From an uncultured Muribaculaceae bacterium (GTDB lineage Bacteria; Bacteroidota; Bacteroidia; Bacteroidales; UBA932): 64,000 nt of DNA. Each line of letters begins with the position of its first letter. Position 1 is the first letter of the stretch. Made by a program: the position numbers and the translations under genes. Shown in pieces: positions 10,401-18,639 of this stretch. Where the stretch lies: assembly GCA_964554535.1 (NCBI GenBank), contig CAZKPB010000006.1, positions 39,768-103,767 of the forward strand. Direction: 5' to 3'. The notes under the pieces are model-generated. The model was not told where the DNA came from. It searched no databases and was given only the letters and a program-made list of their open reading frames with translations.

Positions 10401-10733
10401 AAAAGCCACCACAATAACGTCTTCCAGATACTGGACATCCGTTTGGAGCGCTATGTCAATCTTTGTCCTTCCGTTAACTGGAATTTCCGCATTTTTATAA
10501 CCCAGAAAAGTAACAACCAGCACCCCGTCTGAAGGGACTGAAATTTTATACATTCCCAAGTCGTCTGTCATAGTGTACACGGTGGAGCGTCCTTGGAGCA
10601 AAATAGTTGCTCCGGCTACAGCTTCTCCTGTACTTTCATCAGTAACAATACCTGATACAGAAAGGTTCTGCCCAAAAGCGGTAGCAGTTACAATCAGTAA
10701 CAGACTTGTTAAAATTAGTCTGATTCTTTTCAT
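7500..10733 (-). CDS. SusC/RagA-family TonB-dependent outer-membrane transporter
   Basis: 1077 aa. Signal peptide ending TAFGQ; CarboxypepD_reg-like N-domain (VSGIVTDESTGEAVAGATILLQG); plug (EDVIVVAFGTSTKESFTGSA); terminal ...ISGGITIKF. Confidence 0.93.
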   Translation of the reverse strand: MKRIRLILTSLLLIVTATAFGQNLSVSGIVTDESTGEAVAGATILLQGRSTVYTMTDDLGMYKISVPSDGVLVVTFLGYKNAEIPVNGRTKIDIALQTDVQYLEDVIVVAFGTSTKESFTGSAKVINDEKLSRSQVSNVTSALAGQVAGVQITSDNGAPGSSPKIRIRGISSVYAGNDPLIVVDGTPYDGDMNNIAPNDIESMTVLKDAASNALYGARGANGVIMITTKKAKQGTATVSFDAKYGVNTKALQEYVTLDDPRAYYEQHYKALYNYYTAQDGLGLNPAVAHMLANQNINSAPDGGTGYQIFDVPENQMLIGSNGKLNPNAIMGHVSGDFLVQPDDWSEYAYRKGVRQEYTLSVSGAENKLSYYSSLSYLDNQGITENSDHQRLSARLKADYQAKDWMKVGANMSYAKFNSNSLGNNGSSSSTANVWAYTSQMAPIYPLWIRNADGSIYKDANGIEMMDHGNGNISLGGIPGTARPFITDANPLLANKLNTNNAEGNAAVVQGYMDIDFLKDFTFTINGSANLDETRSNYVYNQYYGQFRTTGGTVEMYHTRQYAWNTQQLLNYNHLFGKHRVTALLGHEYYNRKYYELGAGKSKMFSDKNKELDGAVVDGQSASSYQTEYNNEGYFVRAQYDYAERFFASGSFRRDASSRFHPDSRWGNFWSAGAAWIMSKESWFDAPWVDEFKLKASYGSQGNDDIGAYRYVDVFSIVPSDGNVSTIFDSKGNQDITWETSANANAGFEFTLLNGAVSGSIDYFNRQTTDMLFPTPVAPSQGYRNIYKNVGDMLNQGVEGDFNFNIVNNKNVQWNVNLNVTYLKNKVVSLADNVKDSKVYDAEGNTYEGFTSDGFFIAEGVPMYTWYQYEFAGLDNNGKSLWYKNVTDESGKVTGRETTDVYSNATKYLTHSSTLAPVYGGFGTSLKAYGFDFAINFTYQLGGKQTDGTYRTMMYSPTASQSGYAYHADLLKAWTPENTSSNIPRFQYADSYSNAASTRFLTSASFLNLQNVNLGYTLPERITKKALISSLRLYVAAENVFYWSARQGFDPRQSFSTGADASFYSPMRTISGGITIKF

Positions 10734-10831
10734 GTAGATAATGTTTTAGGATAGTTAGTAAATCAATTAAAATTAGTATTAATAAGTTGCAAGCATTAAT
10801 TCATACTTTGTTTTTTCCATAATGAATTCTA

Positions 10832-10839
10832 CAAATTTA
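10832..10839 (-). promoter_or_regulatory. -7 promoter box (taaatttg) upstream of SusC 7500-10733
   Basis: The + strand reads caaattta, 98 nt upstream of the ATG at 10733, in a 347-bp AT-rich divergent region. Motif match only. Confidence 0.3.
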
Positions 10840-11041
10840 ATATAATGATTCCTAATTACAAAATTTATTATTAACTCTCTCACCGCCCCAAATTGGGGAA
10901 AATAAACCGTTTTGCAATGTTTCAATTTATCAACATCAAGGATTTTCAACACTTTTAAATAAAGTAATAGCAAATAGCTGTTTTTGACTTTTAAATCATT
11001 ACCAAAGTAAAATCTTCCATTTTTTCTGTGGGGATAGTTGT

Positions 11042-11049
11042 TACATTTG
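11042..11049 (+). promoter_or_regulatory. -7 promoter box (tacatttg) upstream of the S8 protease gene
   Basis: Exact TAnnTTTG, 31 nt upstream of the ATG at 11081. Confidence 0.45.
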
Positions 11050-11080
11050 TATAATTATTCAAAAATACAAACCATACTCT

Positions 11081-13717
11081 ATGCAAAAAAGATTTTGGGT
11101 AACGCTTCTGCTACTGACTTCCATAGCAGCTTGCAGTCGGCAGGAACCGCTCACCGAACCTGCTGCCGGCTATTCCACAGAAACCCTTTCCACTGACAAC
11201 GGCATCACCACTGCCTTGAAAGGTCATATAAGAATCAAGACAGAACGGGAGATTCCCTCCGTAGGAGCCGCCAATGCGCTCTTCCCCTATTTGAAAATCA
11301 CCTCCCTGCAACGCACCTTCCCCTATTGCGGTAAATTTGAAGCCCGCACGCGGGCGGAAGGGCTGCACCTATGGTATGACATTACTTTTGATCCTTCCGT
11401 ATCACTGACAAAAGCAGGTGAGGAAATAGCCAACACAAAAGAAGTGACCCATATAGAATATATCCGCCCCGTAGAACCGGATGACAATGAAATAATCTAT
11501 CCTTTCAACGACCCCAAACTAAACAAACAGTGGCATTTCTTTAATCCGGGCACCACCACCGACTATGCTTCCGGTTGCGACATCAACCTGTTTCCCGCCT
11601 GGGAAATCACTACCGGCAGCCCGGAGGTCATAGTGGCCATCACGGACAGCGGTATACAGTGGGACCACGAAGACCTTGCCCCCAATATGTGGATCAACCA
11701 GGCCGAGTTTTACGGTACCAAGGGTGTGGACGATGATGGGAACGGCTACGAGGACGACATCTACGGATACAATTTCACCGTACCCGGCAGCAGCAGTATG
11801 ACCGGCACCCTTGAACCGTGCGACCACGGTACCCACGTAGCCGGCATTGTGAGCGCCGTCAATAACAACGGCCTGGGTACCTGCGGAATTGCCGGAGGTG
11901 ATGACCAACATCCCGGCGTACGCCTTATGTCCTGCCAGATTATTGACGACCACAATAATCCGGCCTACTCCTCGGCCGCCATTAAATATTCCGCAGACAA
12001 CGGGGCCGTCATCTCGCAAAACAGCTGGCATTCAAAAGATGCCACCGAGCTGGACGAATCCATGAAACAGGCCATAGACTATTTTGTAAAATACGCAGGT
12101 GTGGATGAAAACAACGTACAAACCGGTCCCATGAGGGGCGGCATTGTCATTTTTGCAGCCGGTAACGAGAACACGGACCACGTATATCCCGGTATGTACG
12201 ACGGAGTTCTTAGCGTGGCCGCTTTAGGTCCCGGCTTCCAGAAAGCCTCGTACTCCAATTACGGCGACTGGGTGGACCTTGCCGCTCCCGGCGGGGATGA
12301 CACGTCAGCCGGCAAAGCCTACGTAACCAGCACCCTCACCGGCAACAACTATGGCGGTATGATAGGCACTTCCCAGGCCTGCCCTCACGTTTCCGGCGTG
12401 GCTGCCCTGATTGTTTCCAAATACGGCAAGGAAGGCTTCACCAACGCCATGTTGCGTGATATTCTGGTAAACAACACCAAAAACATTGACGCCTACAACC
12501 CGCGCTATGCGGGCCGGATTGGCAGCGGTCTGGTAGACGCCCTGCAGTGCCTTACCTCGGACGGTCCTCAGGCACCCAATCCCGTAACGGAGGTTCATAC
12601 CGATATATTGTCCAACTCGGTAACCCTCTCCTGGATAATACCCTCCGACCCCGACAGCAAGCGGGCCTTTGCATTTGACCTCTATGTCGCCGCCCGCTCC
12701 ATAGACACGGCCGAGCTGAAAGCCCCCCTTGCGGACGATATTGAAATGTTCACGATATACAGTGAACGGAAATGGGCCGGGGACACCCTGTCCGCCACGT
12801 TGATTGATATGGAATTCAATACGGACTACTACTTCTGCCTTGTACCCTACGACAACCAGAACCACCGTGCCCCCGCCATCACCGGCATCAAGGCCTCCAC
12901 GCTGGACAACCACGCCCCCGAAATCACGCCGGTAAGCGGCACTACTCTTTCCCTCAAAGCCTTTGAAACCAAGACCCTGGAATTTGTAATTGCCGAGCCG
13001 GACCACCACGACACCAAATACAAGTTTGTCGCCGGCTCCAGTGCCGCCAAGGTCAGTGCGACGGATAACCGAATCATCATGTCTGTCAACGGATTGCTGG
13101 CGCCTGCCGGCACCTATACCGCCACTTTGACGGTAAGTGACCCCTATGATGCCTCGGCCACGCTGGAAATCACGTATACCATTGCCCCCAATGGGGTTCC
13201 TGCCGTTTCCTCGCAACCGGCCAACATCTATATGGGAAGCAAGAGTGAAACCGCCACCATTGACCTGGCATCGTGCTTCAAAGACCCGGACGGCGAACCG
13301 CTCACCTACACCGCCACACTGTCTTCACAGGCAAATATTGTCAAGACTTCCATCAGCGGCACCACGCTGAGCGTTCAGGGAAATACGTACGGCAACACCA
13401 CGCTTTCCCTCACCGCATCCGATGCGCTGGGAGCCAAATGCATTTTGTACGTGGAAGTGCTGGTACGTGACGGATCGCAGGAAGTGGACCTCTACCCCAC
13501 TCCGGTCAGCAAAACACTCTATATAAGAATGGGAGAGCCCACCCGGGCGGACGTAACCCTCTATTCCACCTCCGGAAGCAAAGTGTATGAAGGACGTCTG
13601 GAAATTGCCCCCTTTGCGCCGGCCAAAATTGACACGGACGCTTTGGCTGCCGGAGCCTATACGGTAGTCATCAAAACCAACGGCAAACAAATTCAACGTA
13701 ATATTGTGAAGATCTAA
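11081..13717 (+). CDS. Subtilisin-like serine protease (peptidase S8) with Ig/cadherin-like repeats and a T9SS C-terminal sorting domain
   Basis: Catalytic triad motifs VAITDSGIQWDHEDL (Asp), CDHGTHVAGIV (His) and GTSQACPHVSGVAAL (Ser). Two Ig-like modules, one with FKDPDGEPLTYTA. The last ~75 aa (VDLYPTPVSKTLYI...GAYTVVIKTNGKQIQRNIVKI) fit the type-A T9SS CTD pattern. The N-terminus MQKRFWVTLLLLTSIAAC has a lipobox. Confidence 0.92.
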   Translation: MQKRFWVTLLLLTSIAACSRQEPLTEPAAGYSTETLSTDNGITTALKGHIRIKTEREIPSVGAANALFPYLKITSLQRTFPYCGKFEARTRAEGLHLWYDITFDPSVSLTKAGEEIANTKEVTHIEYIRPVEPDDNEIIYPFNDPKLNKQWHFFNPGTTTDYASGCDINLFPAWEITTGSPEVIVAITDSGIQWDHEDLAPNMWINQAEFYGTKGVDDDGNGYEDDIYGYNFTVPGSSSMTGTLEPCDHGTHVAGIVSAVNNNGLGTCGIAGGDDQHPGVRLMSCQIIDDHNNPAYSSAAIKYSADNGAVISQNSWHSKDATELDESMKQAIDYFVKYAGVDENNVQTGPMRGGIVIFAAGNENTDHVYPGMYDGVLSVAALGPGFQKASYSNYGDWVDLAAPGGDDTSAGKAYVTSTLTGNNYGGMIGTSQACPHVSGVAALIVSKYGKEGFTNAMLRDILVNNTKNIDAYNPRYAGRIGSGLVDALQCLTSDGPQAPNPVTEVHTDILSNSVTLSWIIPSDPDSKRAFAFDLYVAARSIDTAELKAPLADDIEMFTIYSERKWAGDTLSATLIDMEFNTDYYFCLVPYDNQNHRAPAITGIKASTLDNHAPEITPVSGTTLSLKAFETKTLEFVIAEPDHHDTKYKFVAGSSAAKVSATDNRIIMSVNGLLAPAGTYTATLTVSDPYDASATLEITYTIAPNGVPAVSSQPANIYMGSKSETATIDLASCFKDPDGEPLTYTATLSSQANIVKTSISGTTLSVQGNTYGNTTLSLTASDALGAKCILYVEVLVRDGSQEVDLYPTPVSKTLYIRMGEPTRADVTLYSTSGSKVYEGRLEIAPFAPAKIDTDALAAGAYTVVIKTNGKQIQRNIVKI

Positions 13718-13728
13718 TGGTAACCCTT

Positions 13729-14646
13729 ATGAAAAAATATATATATGTTCTGGCGGCAAGTTTGCTTGCCTCGGCCAATCTTGCCGCGCAAAGCGTTTCC
13801 TTTGTAAATGTGTCCCCCGACGCCCGTACCTTGAGTATGGGGGGAGCCTCTCTTGCCTCGGAAGCCGATGCCTACTCGCTGTACAACAACCCTTCGGCTA
13901 TGGCACTTGGCACACGCAAAATGGCTGTGGGCGCAAGTTACACCCTCTGGCAGCCCAAGACCGCCCGCAACGCGCTCTCCGGCGTGGCGGGTTTTGGCAA
14001 AATAGGTGACAAACTGGCCATTGGAGCCGGAGTCCGCTATTTTACCCACCAGCCCTACAACCTATCGGGGCCCAACGGGGTCATCACCGGAAGTTACACT
14101 CCCAAGGAATACGCCGCCGAACTGGGCGTGGCGTACCGGATAATCCCGGGTTTGAGTGTAGGAGCCGCCGCACATTTTATTGGATCTGACCTTTCCGAAC
14201 AGGGACAGACAACCGCCATTGCCGCCGACGTAGCCGCCACTTACTCCGTAAAAGGGTTCACCGCATCTGTGGGCGCTACCAATATAGGCGGCAAAATCAA
14301 ATACGCCACTACGGAATACGCCCTGCCCTCTATGGGAAGATTCGGCCTGGGTTACACCCTGCACTCCGCAGACACCCACCGCGTTTCTGTAACCGCAGAA
14401 GGGGATTATCTTTTGGACAGCCAATCCGTAATGGGAGGCCTGGGTATTGAATACGCCTTCAGGGAAATGGTGGCCGTACGCGCCGGATATCATTACGGAG
14501 AAGAGACAAAAGGCATTCCGTCATACGCCTCGGCAGGTATCGGGGTTTGCTTTGCAGGCATTACACTGGATGCCGCCTACCTTATTGCTGGCGGTGATTC
14601 TCCCCTCAAGAATTCGCTGAGCGTTTCACTGGGCTACAGATTCTAA
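13729..14646 (+). CDS. FadL/PorV-like outer-membrane beta-barrel protein
   Basis: The track ORF starts at 13717 (ATG overlapping the protease TAA). MKKYIYVLAASLLASANLAAQ at 13729 gives a clean signal peptide. Hatch-like motif SPDARTLSMGGASLASEADAYSLYNNPSAMA recalls FadL/TodX/PorV families. Alternating barrel pattern, terminal SLGYRF. Confidence 0.6.
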   Translation: MKKYIYVLAASLLASANLAAQSVSFVNVSPDARTLSMGGASLASEADAYSLYNNPSAMALGTRKMAVGASYTLWQPKTARNALSGVAGFGKIGDKLAIGAGVRYFTHQPYNLSGPNGVITGSYTPKEYAAELGVAYRIIPGLSVGAAAHFIGSDLSEQGQTTAIAADVAATYSVKGFTASVGATNIGGKIKYATTEYALPSMGRFGLGYTLHSADTHRVSVTAEGDYLLDSQSVMGGLGIEYAFREMVAVRAGYHYGEETKGIPSYASAGIGVCFAGITLDAAYLIAGGDSPLKNSLSVSLGYRF

Positions 14647-14648
14647 AA

Positions 14649-16013
14649 TTATCCCTGTACCGTGGGGTCGTAATCTGCCAGATGACCGCCCCACAGGTAC
14701 TTGTCGGTTTCTTTGACCAGCACCCCGCTCAACAGCAACAGGGCAATGAGGTTGGGAATGGCCATGAGGGCGTTCATGCAGTCCGCCACATTCCAGATAA
14801 GGGCCAGATTCACCACCGCCCCCACAAAAACAGCCACGATATACACCATGCGGTAGTATTTGATAAGATGCTTCCCGCCCAGATATTCTATGGATTTCTC
14901 GGCATAGTAGGACCAACCCAGAATGGTGGAAAAGGTGAAAGTCAGCAACCCCATGGTCAGCACCAGCGGACCCACCAGAGGCACTTTGTCAAACGCCATC
15001 TGCGTAAGTGCCGCCCCATTGTGATAGTCAATGTCGGGGTATTTCAAAATACTGCTTACCAACACAAGCCCGGTAAGCGCACACACCACCACCGTGTCCC
15101 AGAAGGTACCCGTGGCCGAGACCAACGCCTGCCGGGCCGCATTGCGCGTCTTGGCCGCCGCTGCAATAATGGGGGCCGAGCCCATTCCCGACTCGTTGGA
15201 GAACAGTCCGCGCGCAATCCCGTAGCGCATGGCCATCATCAACCCGCCACCCGTAAGGCCGCCACCCATCGCCCGGGCCGAAAAGGCCGACCGGACAATC
15301 ACCTGCAGTGCTTCTCCCAAATAGGAGGCATTTACCACTAATATATACAGGCAGCCCAAAATATAGAATAAGGCCATAAACGGCACCAGCCAGGCACAGA
15401 CCCTGGCAATGCCCCGGATACCGAACAGGATAACCATTGCCGCCAGTACCGCCAGCACAAGGCCGGTAATCCACGACGACACGCCAAAGGTATCTGACAT
15501 AAGCGTGGCTATGGAATTGGCCTGCACGGAACAGCCAATGCCCAGGGCAGCAATAAAAGTGAATATGCAAAACAACACCGCCAGCCAGCGGGCGTGCAAC
15601 CCTCTTTCCAGCGCATACATGGGCCCTCCAATCATGGTACCGTCGGAAGTCTTCACACGGTATTTCACGGCCAGCAGACCCTCGGAATATTTGGTGGCAA
15701 TACCGAACACCCCGGTGAGCCAGCACCAGAGCACTGCCCCGGGACCTCCCATAGAGACGGCGGTTGCCACCCCGATGATATTCCCGGTGCCAATAGTGGC
15801 CGCCAGGGCGGTAGTCAGGGCTCCAAACGGACTGACGTCGCCCCCTGAGTCCTTGTCCCGGGATACGGACAGACGGATACCCCTGAAAATCATCCGCTGC
15901 GGAAACTTGAGCCTGAACGTAAGGTACAGGTGGGTTCCCAGCAGCAGGATAATCATAGGCCACCCCCACAGGGCGCCGCTGAGCCGTGCCACAAAATCTT
16001 GAAAAGCCTGCAT
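14649..16013 (-). CDS. Alanine/glycine:cation symporter (AGCS family)
   Basis: 454 aa, polytopic. N-terminal region ...GDVSPFGALTTALAATIGTGNIIGVATAV is the AGCS signature. Confidence 0.9.
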   Translation of the reverse strand: MQAFQDFVARLSGALWGWPMIILLLGTHLYLTFRLKFPQRMIFRGIRLSVSRDKDSGGDVSPFGALTTALAATIGTGNIIGVATAVSMGGPGAVLWCWLTGVFGIATKYSEGLLAVKYRVKTSDGTMIGGPMYALERGLHARWLAVLFCIFTFIAALGIGCSVQANSIATLMSDTFGVSSWITGLVLAVLAAMVILFGIRGIARVCAWLVPFMALFYILGCLYILVVNASYLGEALQVIVRSAFSARAMGGGLTGGGLMMAMRYGIARGLFSNESGMGSAPIIAAAAKTRNAARQALVSATGTFWDTVVVCALTGLVLVSSILKYPDIDYHNGAALTQMAFDKVPLVGPLVLTMGLLTFTFSTILGWSYYAEKSIEYLGGKHLIKYYRMVYIVAVFVGAVVNLALIWNVADCMNALMAIPNLIALLLLSGVLVKETDKYLWGGHLADYDPTVQG

Positions 16014-16019
16014 TATAAT

Positions 16020-18008
16020 CTATTGGCGATAAGCCCTTATGCCTTCTTCCAGAAACGCCACAAAGCCGTCAATGCTCAGGTCGTATACTCTGGGAGGCAA
16101 CAGGGGCTCGCCGTCATTGTCCAGTATAAAATACGTTGGTTGGGCGTTTACACCGAATTTGGTGCGCGCAAAGTATGAGTTGATTTTGCCCAGGGTTTTC
16201 AACTCACGTCCTCTTTCATCCACCGCCCATTCGGAAGGATCCACTTTGGTCTTGTCATCGGAGTACAGGGCCAGCACCACAAACTGCGTCTTGAGCAGAT
16301 TCAGTACCCGAGGGTCACTCCATACGCGCGATTCCATCTCGCGGCAGTTCACACAGCCAAGGCCCGTAAAATCAAGAAAAACAGGCATATCGTGTTCCCT
16401 GGCATATTCCATGGCTTCCCCGTAATGGAAGAAACCGTCAATGCCGTAAGGGATGTGCAGGATGTCGCTGTATTTGCGTTTAGAGTAGCCCAGATTGGCG
16501 GTGGGGTCAAGGCCCGCAGGGGTTTTCTGTTCCACGGAAGCGCCTTTATAGGTAGCATCCAGCACAAAATCCTGGGTACTCATAGGCGGCATATAACCGC
16601 TCAACGCCTTGAGGGGAGCCCCCCACATACCGGGGATAAGGTATACCACAAAAGAGAAGGTAATAATTACCAGCACCAGCCGGAATACTCCCATATGTTC
16701 CACCGGGCTGTCATTGGCAAAACGAATTTTGCCCAACAGGTACAGACCCAGCAGCGAGAAAATGACAATCCATAACGCAAGATATACTTCCCTGTCCAGA
16801 ATACCCCAATGGTAAGTCTGATCTGCCGTACTCAAGAATTTGAGCGCCAGCGCCAGTTCCAGAAAGCCCAATACTACTTTGACCGAGTTGAGCCACCCGC
16901 CCGACTTGGGCAACCGCTGCATCAGCGACGGGGCCATGGCCAGAATAGTAAACGGAAGGGCAAACGCCACGGAGAAGGCCAGCATGGTAATGATGGGTTC
17001 CCATACCGCACCCTGTGTGGATTTGATAAGCACCGTGCCCACAATGGGCCCCGTGCACGAGAAAGACACAAGGACCAGCGTAAGTGACAAGAAGAAAATG
17101 CCCGCCAGTCCGCCCCGGTCGGCCTTGGCATCCGTACGGGTAGTCCATTTGGATGGCAACGTGATTTCAAACGCGCCGAAAAACGAGGCGGCAAAAATCA
17201 CAAATACCAGGAAGAACAATATATTGGGAATCCAGTGGGTGGAGAGCCAGTTAAAAATATCGGCCGTTACCGCCACCCCGCCGGTCACAAGAGTGACTCC
17301 AATAATGGCCGCAATGGGCAGGGTGTACAACAAGACAATGAACAAGCCGTACATAGCGGCGTTCCGCCGTCCACGGGCCTTGCTTCCCCCCGTTTTGAGG
17401 AAGAATGACACGGTCATAGGCACCATGGGGAATACGCAGGGCGTCAGTAGCGCCACAAAACCAAACAGCACCGCCTGCAGAATGATGCTCCACAAAGAAC
17501 CGCTTGCCCCTGCTTCTACTACTCCCACACTGCCGGCCGCAGGCTCTGCCGCGGCGGCGCCAAGGATCAGTTCCATAGTTTCTTCTTCCGGAGGCAGACA
17601 GCTGCCGTCATCACAGGCTTGCCACTCGGCCGTAACCTGTACGGTTAATCCGCTTCCGGTGGTGCGCACCCGTTGCACAAATTGCGCACTGTCCGCAAAA
17701 GTACCTATGTCCATCTTGAACGCACCGTCGTACAATCGTTCCGGTGGATTCTGCATTTGGGTGGTGCCTTCCAGGGTAACCCCGTCGGGCAAGGTAAAGG
17801 TGAAAGAAGTGGGTGTGGGACCTCCTTCATAGGGACCCATATCGTATACGTGCCAGGGAGAGGCTACGTTGGCGGTCAGGCAAATTTCCCAAAGATTATC
17901 CCCGGTTTGTTTGACTTGACTTTTCCAGGTGACGGGTTGCTCAAACACTTGGGCATACGAGAACACCGCGCATAGGGAAAATGCGACAAAAAGCAAGTGT
18001 TTTCTCAT
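16020..18008 (-). CDS. dsbD: Thiol:disulfide interchange protein DsbD-like (N-terminal DsbD-alpha-like, CcdA-type membrane core, C-terminal thioredoxin fold)
   Basis: ATG at 18006-18008 (MRKHLLFVAFSLCAVFSYAQ); the track start at 18020 is TTG. Contains CDDGSCLPP, the membrane core LLTPCVFPMVPMTVSFF and thioredoxin-like LDFTGLGCVNCREME. Confidence 0.88.
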   Translation of the reverse strand: MRKHLLFVAFSLCAVFSYAQVFEQPVTWKSQVKQTGDNLWEICLTANVASPWHVYDMGPYEGGPTPTSFTFTLPDGVTLEGTTQMQNPPERLYDGAFKMDIGTFADSAQFVQRVRTTGSGLTVQVTAEWQACDDGSCLPPEEETMELILGAAAAEPAAGSVGVVEAGASGSLWSIILQAVLFGFVALLTPCVFPMVPMTVSFFLKTGGSKARGRRNAAMYGLFIVLLYTLPIAAIIGVTLVTGGVAVTADIFNWLSTHWIPNILFFLVFVIFAASFFGAFEITLPSKWTTRTDAKADRGGLAGIFFLSLTLVLVSFSCTGPIVGTVLIKSTQGAVWEPIITMLAFSVAFALPFTILAMAPSLMQRLPKSGGWLNSVKVVLGFLELALALKFLSTADQTYHWGILDREVYLALWIVIFSLLGLYLLGKIRFANDSPVEHMGVFRLVLVIITFSFVVYLIPGMWGAPLKALSGYMPPMSTQDFVLDATYKGASVEQKTPAGLDPTANLGYSKRKYSDILHIPYGIDGFFHYGEAMEYAREHDMPVFLDFTGLGCVNCREMESRVWSDPRVLNLLKTQFVVLALYSDDKTKVDPSEWAVDERGRELKTLGKINSYFARTKFGVNAQPTYFILDNDGEPLLPPRVYDLSIDGFVAFLEEGIRAYRQ

Positions 18009-18009
18009 A

Positions 18010-18639
18010 TCAGAAGGCAATACCTAAAGTAAAGTTGCCTTTGGGAACTATGCCTTTATATCCGATTTCGCCAAAATCTTCTTCCACTGGTGCGGTACAA
18101 TCGGTTCTTGTTCTCAGACCGTTTACGGACGGATAGCGCACACCGCCACCGGCGTTTAGATCCAGCGTAAAGCGCCCCCACATGAAGTGCACCCCAAAGA
18201 GAATCCCGGCGTTAAGCACGTTGTAGTGCGTCTCCAGTTCTGAACTGGAATAGACGGAAGTATCCGGAACAGGCAGCGTTTTGGACACCCATTTTTCATT
18301 CAGGTAACGGTATCCAAGATAGGGACCGACATACAGTTGAGCCGCACGGGGCATCTTGAAGAAAAACACTTTTCCGATGGCTTCCAGACCGTAACCCTCG
18401 GCATCGTTGTCGTAATTCCCATACTGACTCTGCAAGGTAATGGAAGGCATCAGGGAGAGGGCAAAAGTGGAAAAATTGTGCTGGTAACCCACAGCAAACG
18501 TGCCGTCAAAGAAATAGGCGGGAGCCATGAAGAATTCGTTGCGGTACCAGTTGTTCCGGTGAGAAGATTGCGCTTTGGCGCCTACAGCCATCAGCAAAAG
18601 GATGGCACATAACAAAAATTTTTTCATCTGTTTTTTCAT
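18010..18639 (-). CDS. Small outer-membrane beta-barrel protein, function unknown
   Basis: The ATG at 18637-18639 overlaps the TGA of the upstream MFS gene (ATGA). Signal peptide MKKQMKKFLLCAILLLMAVGAKAQ, alternating aromatic pattern, C-terminal NFTLGIAF. Confidence 0.7.
   Translation of the reverse strand: MKKQMKKFLLCAILLLMAVGAKAQSSHRNNWYRNEFFMAPAYFFDGTFAVGYQHNFSTFALSLMPSITLQSQYGNYDNDAEGYGLEAIGKVFFFKMPRAAQLYVGPYLGYRYLNEKWVSKTLPVPDTSVYSSSELETHYNVLNAGILFGVHFMWGRFTLDLNAGGGVRYPSVNGLRTRTDCTAPVEEDFGEIGYKGIVPKGNFTLGIAF

Noticed and set aside
10779-10973. A 64-aa reverse-strand ORF in the SusC/S8 intergenic region.
   Set aside because: It lies in AT-rich promoter DNA. The product (MLLLYLKVLKILDVDKLKHCK...) has no signal or family features, and the candidate SusC -7 box lies inside it.
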